Shown here piece by piece: positions 35,835 through 44,537 of a stretch of DNA of 64,000 bases; position 1 is the stretch's first letter, and each line of letters opens with the position of its first letter. This stretch comes from Candidatus Omnitrophota bacterium (lineage in GTDB: Bacteria > Omnitrophota > Gorgyraeia > Gygaellales > Profunditerraquicolaceae). The notes beneath the pieces were generated by a model. The model searched no databases and was not told where the DNA came from. It saw nothing but the letters and a program-made list of their open reading frames with translations. Location: positions 2,308-66,307 of the forward strand of contig JALOQJ010000006.1 in assembly GCA_025453445.1 (NCBI GenBank). Direction: 5' to 3'. The translations under genes were made by a program, and so were the position numbers.

Positions 35835-36898
35835 AAAAAAACCATAGTTATTGCGGCATAATCGAGAAATACAGAGAGTATTTACCGGTAACAAAGAAAA
35901 CTCCTGTTATTACTCTCAATGAAGGTAATACGCCTTTAATTTATGCGCCTGCACTAAGCAAGCTCGTTGGTAAGGGTGCTGAGGTTTACCTTAAATACGA
36001 AGGGCTGAACCCCACGGGTTCCTTTAAAGACAGAGGCATGACTATGGCAATCTCCAAGGCCTGCGAAGAAGGCGCAAAAGCAGTAATGTGCGCTTCAACC
36101 GGAAATACTTCAGCTTCAGCAGCAGCATACGCAGCAAAAGCAAAGCTGAAATGCATTGTGTTGATTCCCAGCGGCGCAATTGCCTTAGGAAAACTCAGTC
36201 AGGCATTGATTCATGGAGCAAAAGTACTGGCTATTGATGGAAATTTTGATAAGGCGCTGGAATTAGCCCGGGAAATTACCAGGAGGTATTCGATTACGCT
36301 GGTTAATTCCTTAAATCCCTTCCGCATTGAAGGCCAAAAAACCGCCAGTTTTGAAATTTGCGATTACCTAGGAACTGCCCCAGATTTTCAGGTAATGCCA
36401 GTTGGTAATGCCGGAAATATCACGGCTTACTGGAAAGGTTACAAAGAATATAAATCAATCGGCAGAATTAGTGCTTTGCCAAAAATGCTGGGATTCCAGG
36501 CAGAAGGAGCTGCGCCAATCGTAAAGGGCCATCCGATCAAAGATCCACACACTATTGCTACAGCAATTAAAATCGGCAATCCGGCAAGCTGGACGCAGGC
36601 AGAAGCAGCGCGCGATGAATCCAACGGCTTAATTGACATGGTTTCTGATAAACAGATTCTCGATGCTTATAAATTATTAGCTCAAATTGAAGGTGTATTT
36701 GTTGAACCGGCATCCGCAGCATCTGTTGCCGGGCTTTTAAAACTAAGTAAAAAGGGTTATTTCAAGGCAAAGGCTAAAATTACCTGCATATTAACCGGCC
36801 ATGGCCTTAAAGATCCTGACAGGGCAATTGCTAGTATAAATAAGCCAAAAATTATAAAACCAGATTTAAAAACAATTTTAAAAGAAATTGGCTATTAA
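35831..36898 (+). CDS. thrC: Threonine synthase
   Basis: NPTGSFKDRG, ASTGNT, PVGNAGN, TGHGLKD. Confidence 0.96.
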   Translation: MKKNHSYCGIIEKYREYLPVTKKTPVITLNEGNTPLIYAPALSKLVGKGAEVYLKYEGLNPTGSFKDRGMTMAISKACEEGAKAVMCASTGNTSASAAAYAAKAKLKCIVLIPSGAIALGKLSQALIHGAKVLAIDGNFDKALELAREITRRYSITLVNSLNPFRIEGQKTASFEICDYLGTAPDFQVMPVGNAGNITAYWKGYKEYKSIGRISALPKMLGFQAEGAAPIVKGHPIKDPHTIATAIKIGNPASWTQAEAARDESNGLIDMVSDKQILDAYKLLAQIEGVFVEPASAASVAGLLKLSKKGYFKAKAKITCILTGHGLKDPDRAIASINKPKIIKPDLKTILKEIGY

Positions 36899-37514
36899 AA
36901 ATAAATCTGTGCTGATAACTTCCGGCCCAACATGGGTAGCGATAGATAGTGTCAGGGTTATCAGTAATATTGCTACAGGAGAAACCGGGTTATTATTGGC
37001 GGAACGGCTGGCTAAACTCGGCGCTAAAGTAACTTTAATCTTAGGCCCGGTAGAGGCATGTTGTTTAAATAAAAAAATCAGGGTATTGCGCTTTAGGTTC
37101 TTTAATGAACTAAAAAATATAATTTTTGCTGAATTAAAATCGAAAAAATACGATATTTTGATACATGCGGCTGCGGTTTCCGATTTCCGGCCGAAATTAA
37201 CTTATAAACAAAAAATAGATTCCCATAAAAGAGAATTACGGCTGAATTTAGTACCTACGCCGAAAATTATCAGTTTTATTAAGAAATTACGCAAGAACAT
37301 ATTTCTGGTGGGTTTTAAATTTATCCCTCAAGCTAAACGTTCTGTGTTAATTAAGGCATCTAATAAATTATTGCAGGAATCTGGCGCGGATTTAGTGGTT
37401 GCCAATACTATTGATAAAGCGAGATATAGTGCTTATCTGATAGAAAAAAATAGTACAGACGGCCCATTGGCTTCTAAAAAAATAATGGCTAAGCATTTGA
37501 TTAAAAGGTTTTAA
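36888..37514 (+). CDS. coaB: Stand-alone CoaB/DFP C-terminal domain protein
   Basis: ITSGPT..IDSVRVISN, HAAAVSDF, VGFK, VVAN. Confidence 0.8.
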   Translation: MAIKNKSVLITSGPTWVAIDSVRVISNIATGETGLLLAERLAKLGAKVTLILGPVEACCLNKKIRVLRFRFFNELKNIIFAELKSKKYDILIHAAAVSDFRPKLTYKQKIDSHKRELRLNLVPTPKIISFIKKLRKNIFLVGFKFIPQAKRSVLIKASNKLLQESGADLVVANTIDKARYSAYLIEKNSTDGPLASKKIMAKHLIKRF

Positions 37515-38377
37515 TGCGCAAATTCCTGCTGATTCCGCTGTTTTTTGTTTTGGCGAATTTTATCTATGCCGAAGATTCGCCTAAGCCAACTGCCTGGGTG
37601 AATGATTATGCGCAAGTTATCTCCAGCGAGTACAGGGAAAAAATAAATTCCTTGATTCAAGAATTAGAGCGAAAAACCTCGGCGGAAGTTTTCGTAGTTA
37701 CTAAAGAATCAATTGCTCCTTATGACGAAAAATCTTATGCGCGAATGCTCTTTGACAGCTGGAAACCGGGGAAGATCGGTAAAGATAATGGTGTGTTGAT
37801 ATTACTGGCAGTAAAAGAACGGCGCTGGCGCATTGAAACCGGCTATGGTGTTGAAGGAATTTTACCTGATTCTCTTTGCGGGCAAATCGGCCGTAATTAC
37901 ATTGTTCCTTATTTTAAAAACGGCCAATACTCAGAGGGCCTTTATTACGGGGTAGAGGCGATTGCAAAGGTTATTTCAGGTGAAAAACTTGCATTACCTA
38001 CAGGATCAAGAAACAAAGCTAAACCACCTGTAGCCTTTTTTGTTTTCTTCGGATTTTTCTTTTTCTTATTGTGGAATTTACCCTGGCCGATTTTTATCGG
38101 CCTGCCTTTTACTGCGATTTTCACTACTGCCTTTTGGCAACTTTCACCTGTTGCAGGAATATCTGTAATTTGCGGATACATTGCTTCTATGGCAATCAGG
38201 TATATGTATTGGTCGAAACTTCCGCCTGAAAAACGCAAAAACTTTTTCAGCGTTCAAACATACGGTGGCAGGTTTTCTTCCGGAGGATTTGGGGGTAGCT
38301 CTGGAGGCGGAGGAGGCGGATTTTCAGGAGGAGGCGGAGGAGGCGGCGGTGGCGGAGGTTCAGGAGGCGGATTTTAA
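37514..38377 (+). CDS. TPM-domain membrane protein
   Basis: VNDYA, DNGVLIL, IETGYGVEG, Gly-rich tail. Confidence 0.9.
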   Translation: MRKFLLIPLFFVLANFIYAEDSPKPTAWVNDYAQVISSEYREKINSLIQELERKTSAEVFVVTKESIAPYDEKSYARMLFDSWKPGKIGKDNGVLILLAVKERRWRIETGYGVEGILPDSLCGQIGRNYIVPYFKNGQYSEGLYYGVEAIAKVISGEKLALPTGSRNKAKPPVAFFVFFGFFFFLLWNLPWPIFIGLPFTAIFTTAFWQLSPVAGISVICGYIASMAIRYMYWSKLPPEKRKNFFSVQTYGGRFSSGGFGGSSGGGGGGFSGGGGGGGGGGGSGGGF

Positions 38378-38388
38378 AGGAGGAAAGA

Positions 38389-38955
38389 ATGTATAAAACT
38401 ATGGTTACACTGGGTATTATTGTCGGAATTATTATTTTAGGGCTAGTAACCGTAATTTCTGTTTATAACGGAATCGTTTCTAAACATGAAACTATTGCTG
38501 CGAAATGGGCACAAGTGGACAATCAACTACAGAGACGTAATGACCTTATTCCAAATTTGGTAAATACTGTTAAGGGGTATGCTGCGCATGAAAAAACAGT
38601 TTTTGAAAATATTACCAATGCCCGCTCACAATGGGCAAAAGCAAATACAATAGAAGAAAAGGTTCAGGCTGCCAAAGCAACTGATGCTGCATTGGCAAGA
38701 TTACTATTAGTTGTAGAAAACTACCCTGATTTAAAAGCCAGCACTAATTTTCTTGCTCTGCAGGATGAATTGGCCGGCACTGAAAACCGCATAGCAGTTG
38801 AACGTATGCGTTATAACGAAGCAGTCAAAGATTATAACATCAGCGTGCGCACATTCCCGGGAAATATTATTGCTGGTTCCTGCGGTTATAAAGTAGCTAC
38901 AGAATACTTTAAATCTGAAGAAAAAGCAAAAACAGTTCCTGAGGTAAAATTTTAA
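38389..38955 (+). CDS. lemA: LemA family protein
   Basis: QRRNDLIPNLV, VENYPDLKA, ENRIAVERMRYN. Confidence 0.95.
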   Translation: MYKTMVTLGIIVGIIILGLVTVISVYNGIVSKHETIAAKWAQVDNQLQRRNDLIPNLVNTVKGYAAHEKTVFENITNARSQWAKANTIEEKVQAAKATDAALARLLLVVENYPDLKASTNFLALQDELAGTENRIAVERMRYNEAVKDYNISVRTFPGNIIAGSCGYKVATEYFKSEEKAKTVPEVKF

Positions 38956-40151
38956 TGAAGTATATCGTTATAGTTCCGGATGGAATGGCGGATTACCCGA
39001 TTAAAGAATTAGGCGAACGCACAGCCATTGAGGCTGCGCGCACGCCGAATATGGATTTAATTGCCAGAGAAGGCATTTTAGGACGGGTAAAAACCATTCC
39101 AGAAAAAATGAGCCCTGCTTCTGACGTAGCAAATATTTCTATTTTAGGCTATGACCCGGGACAATATTATACCGGCAGGGGACCTTTAGAAGCAGCGAAC
39201 CTAGGAGTAGAACTGGAAGAGGGAGATGTCGCCTTCAGATGCAACCTGATTACTGCTTCTAACGATACGCTTGTGGATTATAGCGCAGGACATATTAAAT
39301 CCGAAGAAGCCGCGATAATCATCAATTATATCGACAAATGCCTTGGTACCAACCGGATTAAATTTTATCCCGGAGTCAGCTATCGGCATTTAATGTTGGT
39401 AAAAAGAGGTGCGGAGCAGCATCTGGAAAATTTAAAATGCCGTCCACCGCATGATATTACAGGCCAGAGTATTTCAAAAAATTTACCAAAAGGCGATAAC
39501 GCTGATTTTTTGATTAATTTAATGCAGGAATCGCGCAAAATTCTGGAAAACCATGAGATAAATTTAGTGCGTGTTGATCTTAAAGAAAACCCGGCAAATA
39601 TGATTTGGCTCTGGGGACAGGGAGAGAAACCAGCCTTTGCGCCATTTAAAGAAAAATTCGGTTTAACCGGCAGTGTAATTTCTGCGGTTGACCTGATTAA
39701 AGGATTAGGCAGGCTTCTCGGCCTTGAAGTAATCAATGTAGAAGGCGCTACCGGATATTACGATACTGACTACGGAGGTAAAGCAAGGGCTGCTTTAAAA
39801 TCGCTTGAGAAAAACGATTTTGTTTTTGTGCATATTGAAGCGCCTGATGAAGCAGGGCATAACGGCGATTTGCGGGAAAAAATTACTGCTATTGAACGCT
39901 GCGATACATTAGTCTTGGGCACAATACTAGAAACGCTTAAAGGTAAAGATGATTTTCGTATTCTGATTTTACCTGATCATGCGACACCGGTAGCGCTCAA
40001 AACGCATGTTGCTGATCCGGTATTTTTTGGCATGTATGGCAGCGGAATTTCAAAAGGCGGATTTTTAAATTTCAGCGAAAAAGAAGCACTTAAATCCGAG
40101 CTTAATTTTGAAAAAGGCCATGAATTAATGGGGTATTTTCTTAAAAAATGA
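38955..40151 (+). CDS. ApgM-type cofactor-independent phosphoglycerate mutase / proposed homoserine kinase
   Basis: DGMAD, SDVAN, GRGPLEA, APDEAGH, PDH. Confidence 0.88.
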   Translation: MKYIVIVPDGMADYPIKELGERTAIEAARTPNMDLIAREGILGRVKTIPEKMSPASDVANISILGYDPGQYYTGRGPLEAANLGVELEEGDVAFRCNLITASNDTLVDYSAGHIKSEEAAIIINYIDKCLGTNRIKFYPGVSYRHLMLVKRGAEQHLENLKCRPPHDITGQSISKNLPKGDNADFLINLMQESRKILENHEINLVRVDLKENPANMIWLWGQGEKPAFAPFKEKFGLTGSVISAVDLIKGLGRLLGLEVINVEGATGYYDTDYGGKARAALKSLEKNDFVFVHIEAPDEAGHNGDLREKITAIERCDTLVLGTILETLKGKDDFRILILPDHATPVALKTHVADPVFFGMYGSGISKGGFLNFSEKEALKSELNFEKGHELMGYFLKK

Positions 40152-41737
40152 ACTCCCTAGTTATTGCCGGCATTGCTTTCATAACACTTTTTTTAGCCTA
40201 TAGATTTTACGGCAGGAAACTAACTAACCTTTGGAATATTGACTCCAAGCGTTCTACTCCGGCATTTTCTAAATACGATAGCGTTGATTATATCCCGGCA
40301 AAAAATTGGCTGGTGCTTTTTGGGCATCATTTTTCTTCGATTGCCGGAGCAGGCCCGATAATCGGGCCTGTAATTGCAGTAATGCTGTGGGGGTGGCTGC
40401 CGGCCTTATTATGGGTAATTTTAGGCACTATTTTTATCGGTAGCGTACATGACTTCGGTTCTTTAGTTACATCTATCAGAGAAGGTGGTTCATCAGTTGC
40501 TGATATTGCCCAACATGTAATTTCCCGTCGGGCAAAATTATTGTTTTCCTTCTTTGTCTGGCTGGCATTAATTCTGGTAATTGCGGTATTTGCCTGGCTG
40601 TGCGCAGATACATTTGTTAAAGAACCAAAAATCGTCTTACCATCTCTTGGCTTGATACCAGTAGCAATGCTTATTGGATATTTATTATATCATCTACGCG
40701 TTAATACAGTGTTGGCAACTATTTTAGGGCTTTCGGCTTTAGTAGGATTAATTTTCTTAGGTAATATTATTGCAATCCATAGCACGGTTACCGTCTGGGT
40801 TATAGTTTTGATGATTTATTGTTTTTTTGCTTCGATCTTACCGGTAGATATACTTTTGCAGCCCCGGGATTATTTATCCAGTTTTTTATTATTTTTCGGA
40901 ATGGGCGCAGGTTATCTAGGCCTAGCATTATCCCGGCCCAAACTTACCATGCCGCATTATATTAGTTTTAGCTCAAGCGAAGGGTATCTTTGGCCGGCAT
41001 TATTTATTACTGTTGCTTGTGGCGCGGTTTCCGGATTTCACGCCCTGATTGCTAGCGGTACAACTTCAAAACAAATTGCTAATGAACGCTATGCCAAACG
41101 TATCGGTTTTGGCGGAATGATTACTGAAGCATTAGTTGCGGTATTGGCAATCATCGCCGCGGCAATCCTCTTTATGCCCGGAGATAACTTTAATCTGGCG
41201 CTAAAAAATTCCGGGCCGATCGGAATATTTGGAAAAGGTTATGGCTTAATGACCTTGGGCGTACTGGGAGAACACGGACAGCTGATCGCAATAACTATAT
41301 TAAATGCTTTTATTCTCACCACACTTGATACAGCAACGAGAATTTCTCGCTATTTAAGCGAGGAAATCTTTAATATTAGAAACCGCTATATTTCCACTTT
41401 TATTATCATTCTTTTAAGCGCAACTTTGGCATTAAGCGGTAAATGGCAGAAAATCTGGCCGGCATTCGGCGCCTCAAACCAATTGGTTGCAGCATTAGCG
41501 TTGTTTGTTTTAAGCTGTTGGCTTTTGAGTAAAAATAAACCGGCGCAACTTACTTTAATACCGGCTTTTTTTATGTTAATTACTACCGTCATTGCGCTGA
41601 TATTGCAAATGAAAAAGTATGCCAGACAGGGAGAATCACTGCTTTTTTTTGTAAGCTTAATTTTAATTATTTTAGCGGGTTTCATGACTTATGAAGTTAT
41701 CAAAAAAATCTACTTCGGGAGAAAAAAACATGCATAA
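40148..41737 (+). CDS. cstA: Carbon starvation protein A family transporter
   Basis: GHHFSSIAGAGP, LLQPRDY, CGAVSGFH, FGASNQL. Confidence 0.93.
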   Translation: MNSLVIAGIAFITLFLAYRFYGRKLTNLWNIDSKRSTPAFSKYDSVDYIPAKNWLVLFGHHFSSIAGAGPIIGPVIAVMLWGWLPALLWVILGTIFIGSVHDFGSLVTSIREGGSSVADIAQHVISRRAKLLFSFFVWLALILVIAVFAWLCADTFVKEPKIVLPSLGLIPVAMLIGYLLYHLRVNTVLATILGLSALVGLIFLGNIIAIHSTVTVWVIVLMIYCFFASILPVDILLQPRDYLSSFLLFFGMGAGYLGLALSRPKLTMPHYISFSSSEGYLWPALFITVACGAVSGFHALIASGTTSKQIANERYAKRIGFGGMITEALVAVLAIIAAAILFMPGDNFNLALKNSGPIGIFGKGYGLMTLGVLGEHGQLIAITILNAFILTTLDTATRISRYLSEEIFNIRNRYISTFIIILLSATLALSGKWQKIWPAFGASNQLVAALALFVLSCWLLSKNKPAQLTLIPAFFMLITTVIALILQMKKYARQGESLLFFVSLILIILAGFMTYEVIKKIYFGRKKHA

Positions 41738-42950
41738 GAAACTGATCGTCCAGAAATTCGGAGGCTCATCAGTTGCCAATGTGGAACGTATCCAAAATGT
41801 AGCTAAAAGAGTCGTTAGCTACCGCAAACAAGGCTATAATTTAGTAGTAGTAGTATCTGCCCTGGGAGATACTACTGATGAACTGATTACACTGGCAAAT
41901 AAAATTAACGCTGACGCATCAGAACGTGAAATGGATATGCTTTTATCCACTGGTGAGCAGATTTCCGTGGCGTTATTGGCTATGGCGATACATAAATTAG
42001 GCGAAGAAGCGATTTCATTTACCGGCGCACAGGTAGGCATTATTACCGATGACAGCCATACCCGGGCGCGGATCATTAAAATCAATGCCGATAAAATCAG
42101 AGAAGAGCTGAAAAAAGGAAAAATTATTATTGTTGCCGGTTTTCAGGGCGTTACCTTAACACAAGATATTACTACTCTTGGCAGGGGCGGTTCTGATCTG
42201 ACTGCCGTAGCATTAGCAAAAGAATTACATGCAGATGAATGCGAAATATATACTGATGTTGAAGGAATTTTTACTACAGACCCGCGGGTAGAACCAAAAG
42301 CAAGAAAAATCGACTGGATTACCTATGATGAAATGCTGGAGATGGCTTCTTTAGGAGCACAGGTAATGCAAGCGCGCTCTATAGAAGTAGCTAAAAAATT
42401 TAACGTGCCGATTCACGTTCGCTCGTCTTTTTCCGATAAGACCGGCACAATGATTGTTAAGGAGGTTAAGAGAATGGAAGAAGTTGTCGTTAACGCAATT
42501 ACTTTAAATCGCAACGAAGCAAAAATTACCATTTGCAATGTCCCGGACAAGCCGGGAGTAGCAGCAAAAATATTTAAAGACTTGGCAAGTGCAGGCGTGA
42601 ATGTTGATATGATCGTGCAAAATGTCAGCCATCTTCGCCAGACTGATATTTCTTTTACAATCAGCAAAGCAGAGGCATCAAAAGCAATTAAATTGACAAA
42701 GAAAGCTTCCAAGCAGATAGAAGCCGGAGAAGTATTGGAAGATGAGGATATTGCCCGCGTTTCCATTGTAGGCGTAGGAATGAAATCGCATTCGGGTGTA
42801 GCAGCGGGGATGTTTGATACTCTAGCTAAAAATAAAATCAATATCGAAATGATTTCTACTTCTGATATCAGTATTTCCTGTATTATTAAAAATACACAAG
42901 CGGAAGCCGCTGTCCGGTCGCTGCATGAAAGATTCGGGCTGGCCAAGTAG
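41730..42950 (+). CDS. lysC: Aspartate kinase
   Basis: VQKFGGSS, TLGRGGSD, two ACT domains; ATG 41730. Confidence 0.96.
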   Translation: MHKKLIVQKFGGSSVANVERIQNVAKRVVSYRKQGYNLVVVVSALGDTTDELITLANKINADASEREMDMLLSTGEQISVALLAMAIHKLGEEAISFTGAQVGIITDDSHTRARIIKINADKIREELKKGKIIIVAGFQGVTLTQDITTLGRGGSDLTAVALAKELHADECEIYTDVEGIFTTDPRVEPKARKIDWITYDEMLEMASLGAQVMQARSIEVAKKFNVPIHVRSSFSDKTGTMIVKEVKRMEEVVVNAITLNRNEAKITICNVPDKPGVAAKIFKDLASAGVNVDMIVQNVSHLRQTDISFTISKAEASKAIKLTKKASKQIEAGEVLEDEDIARVSIVGVGMKSHSGVAAGMFDTLAKNKINIEMISTSDISISCIIKNTQAEAAVRSLHERFGLAK

Positions 42951-42965
42951 AACAGAGGTGACTAA

Positions 42966-44531
42966 ATGTTAAAAGTAAAAATATACGATACTACTTTACG
43001 CGATGGCGCACAGTCAGAAGGCATTTCATATTCTGTCACGGATAAAATCCGCGTTACCCAAGAGCTGGATAAGCTGGGCATACAATATATCGAAGGCGGC
43101 TGGCCAGGCTCTAACCCCAAAGATATGGAATTTTTCCGCAAAGCTGCCAAACTGCGCCTAAGAAATAGCGTACTAGCAGCTTTCAGCATGACTCGGCGCA
43201 GTGGCATTTCCGCAGCAGAAGATAGCAATATTAAAGCCCTGGTAAAATCCGGAGCCAAAATTATTACTATCGTAGGAAAAACATGGGGATTGCACATAGA
43301 AGATGTTTTAAAAATCAGCCTTGATGAAAACCTGAAGATGATAAAAGATACAATTCAGTATTTAAAATCCAAAGGTATAATTGTTTTCTATGACGCGGAA
43401 CATTTCTTTGATGCTTACAAAGCAGATAAAGAATACAGCCTGAAGTGCCTGCTCACAGCAGAAGAAGCAGGCGCAGAAGCAATTTGCCTTTGCGACACTA
43501 ATGGCGGAACACTGACTTCAGAAATTACTAAAATTATCACAGCAATCAAGCCTAAAATTAAGGTATGTTTGGGTATTCATTGCCACAATGACTGTGGGCT
43601 TGCAATAGCCAACTCAATCGCCGCAGTTGAAGCCGGATGCACAATGGTACAAGGCACAATTAATGGTTATGGCGAACGCTGTGGAAATGCAGATTTAATC
43701 CCGATTATCGCTAACCTGCAATTAAAACTTAACATTAACTGCATCCGCGATGAGAATTTAAAAGAACTGGCCCACGTATCGCATTTTATCAGTGAAATCA
43801 GCAATTTACGCGTGAAAAACGACCAACCATTTATTGGCGATTCGGCTTTTGCCCACAAAGGCGGAATGCACATTAACGCGGTGATGAAAAACCCGGCTAC
43901 TTATGAACATATCGAGCCTGACCTCGTGGGTAACCGCCGCCGGATTCTGGTTTCCGAATTGGGCGGGAAAACCGGAATTATGCTACGCGCCAAAGCAATG
44001 GACTTGGATTTAAGTAAAGAGGACCCTAAAACAAAAAAGATTTTAAAGCTATTGCAAGATTTAGAACATAGCGGCTACCATTTTGAAGCAGCAGAAGCTT
44101 CTTTTGAGCTCTTGGTAAAAAAGGCCTTAAAAAAATACGGCAAATTTTTTGAACTGGAAAGTTTCCGTGTAGTTGTAGAAAAACAATCAAATAAAAAAAT
44201 CACTTCTGAAGCAATTATGAAAGTGAGAGTAAAGGGCGTGCGTGAACACACTGCTGCCGAAGGCGACGGCCCGGTAAATGCCCTGGATAATGCCCTGCGT
44301 AAAGCCTTAAAAGATTTTTACCCGATGCTTTCAAAAATGCGCTTGTCGGATTTTAAGGTGCGTGTATTAGATGAAAAGGCCGGCACTGCTGCTAAGGTGC
44401 GCGTATTAATCCAGTCGCAGGACGAAATAGACACCTGGAATACTATTGGTGTCTCAGAAAATATTATCGAGGCCAGCTGGCAAGCGCTCGTAGACAGCGT
44501 AGAATATAAATTGCTTAAAGATAAGGCTTAA
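42966..44531 (+). CDS. cimA: Citramalate synthase
   Basis: DTTLRDG, EGGWPGSNPKD, YDAEHFFD, AHKGGMH. Confidence 0.93.
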   Translation: MLKVKIYDTTLRDGAQSEGISYSVTDKIRVTQELDKLGIQYIEGGWPGSNPKDMEFFRKAAKLRLRNSVLAAFSMTRRSGISAAEDSNIKALVKSGAKIITIVGKTWGLHIEDVLKISLDENLKMIKDTIQYLKSKGIIVFYDAEHFFDAYKADKEYSLKCLLTAEEAGAEAICLCDTNGGTLTSEITKIITAIKPKIKVCLGIHCHNDCGLAIANSIAAVEAGCTMVQGTINGYGERCGNADLIPIIANLQLKLNINCIRDENLKELAHVSHFISEISNLRVKNDQPFIGDSAFAHKGGMHINAVMKNPATYEHIEPDLVGNRRRILVSELGGKTGIMLRAKAMDLDLSKEDPKTKKILKLLQDLEHSGYHFEAAEASFELLVKKALKKYGKFFELESFRVVVEKQSNKKITSEAIMKVRVKGVREHTAAEGDGPVNALDNALRKALKDFYPMLSKMRLSDFKVRVLDEKAGTAAKVRVLIQSQDEIDTWNTIGVSENIIEASWQALVDSVEYKLLKDKA

Positions 44532-44537
44532 AGTTCA

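Noticed and set aside
38281-38374. GGAGGC repeat tract
   Set aside because: Ordinary Gly-rich tail of TPM proteins.
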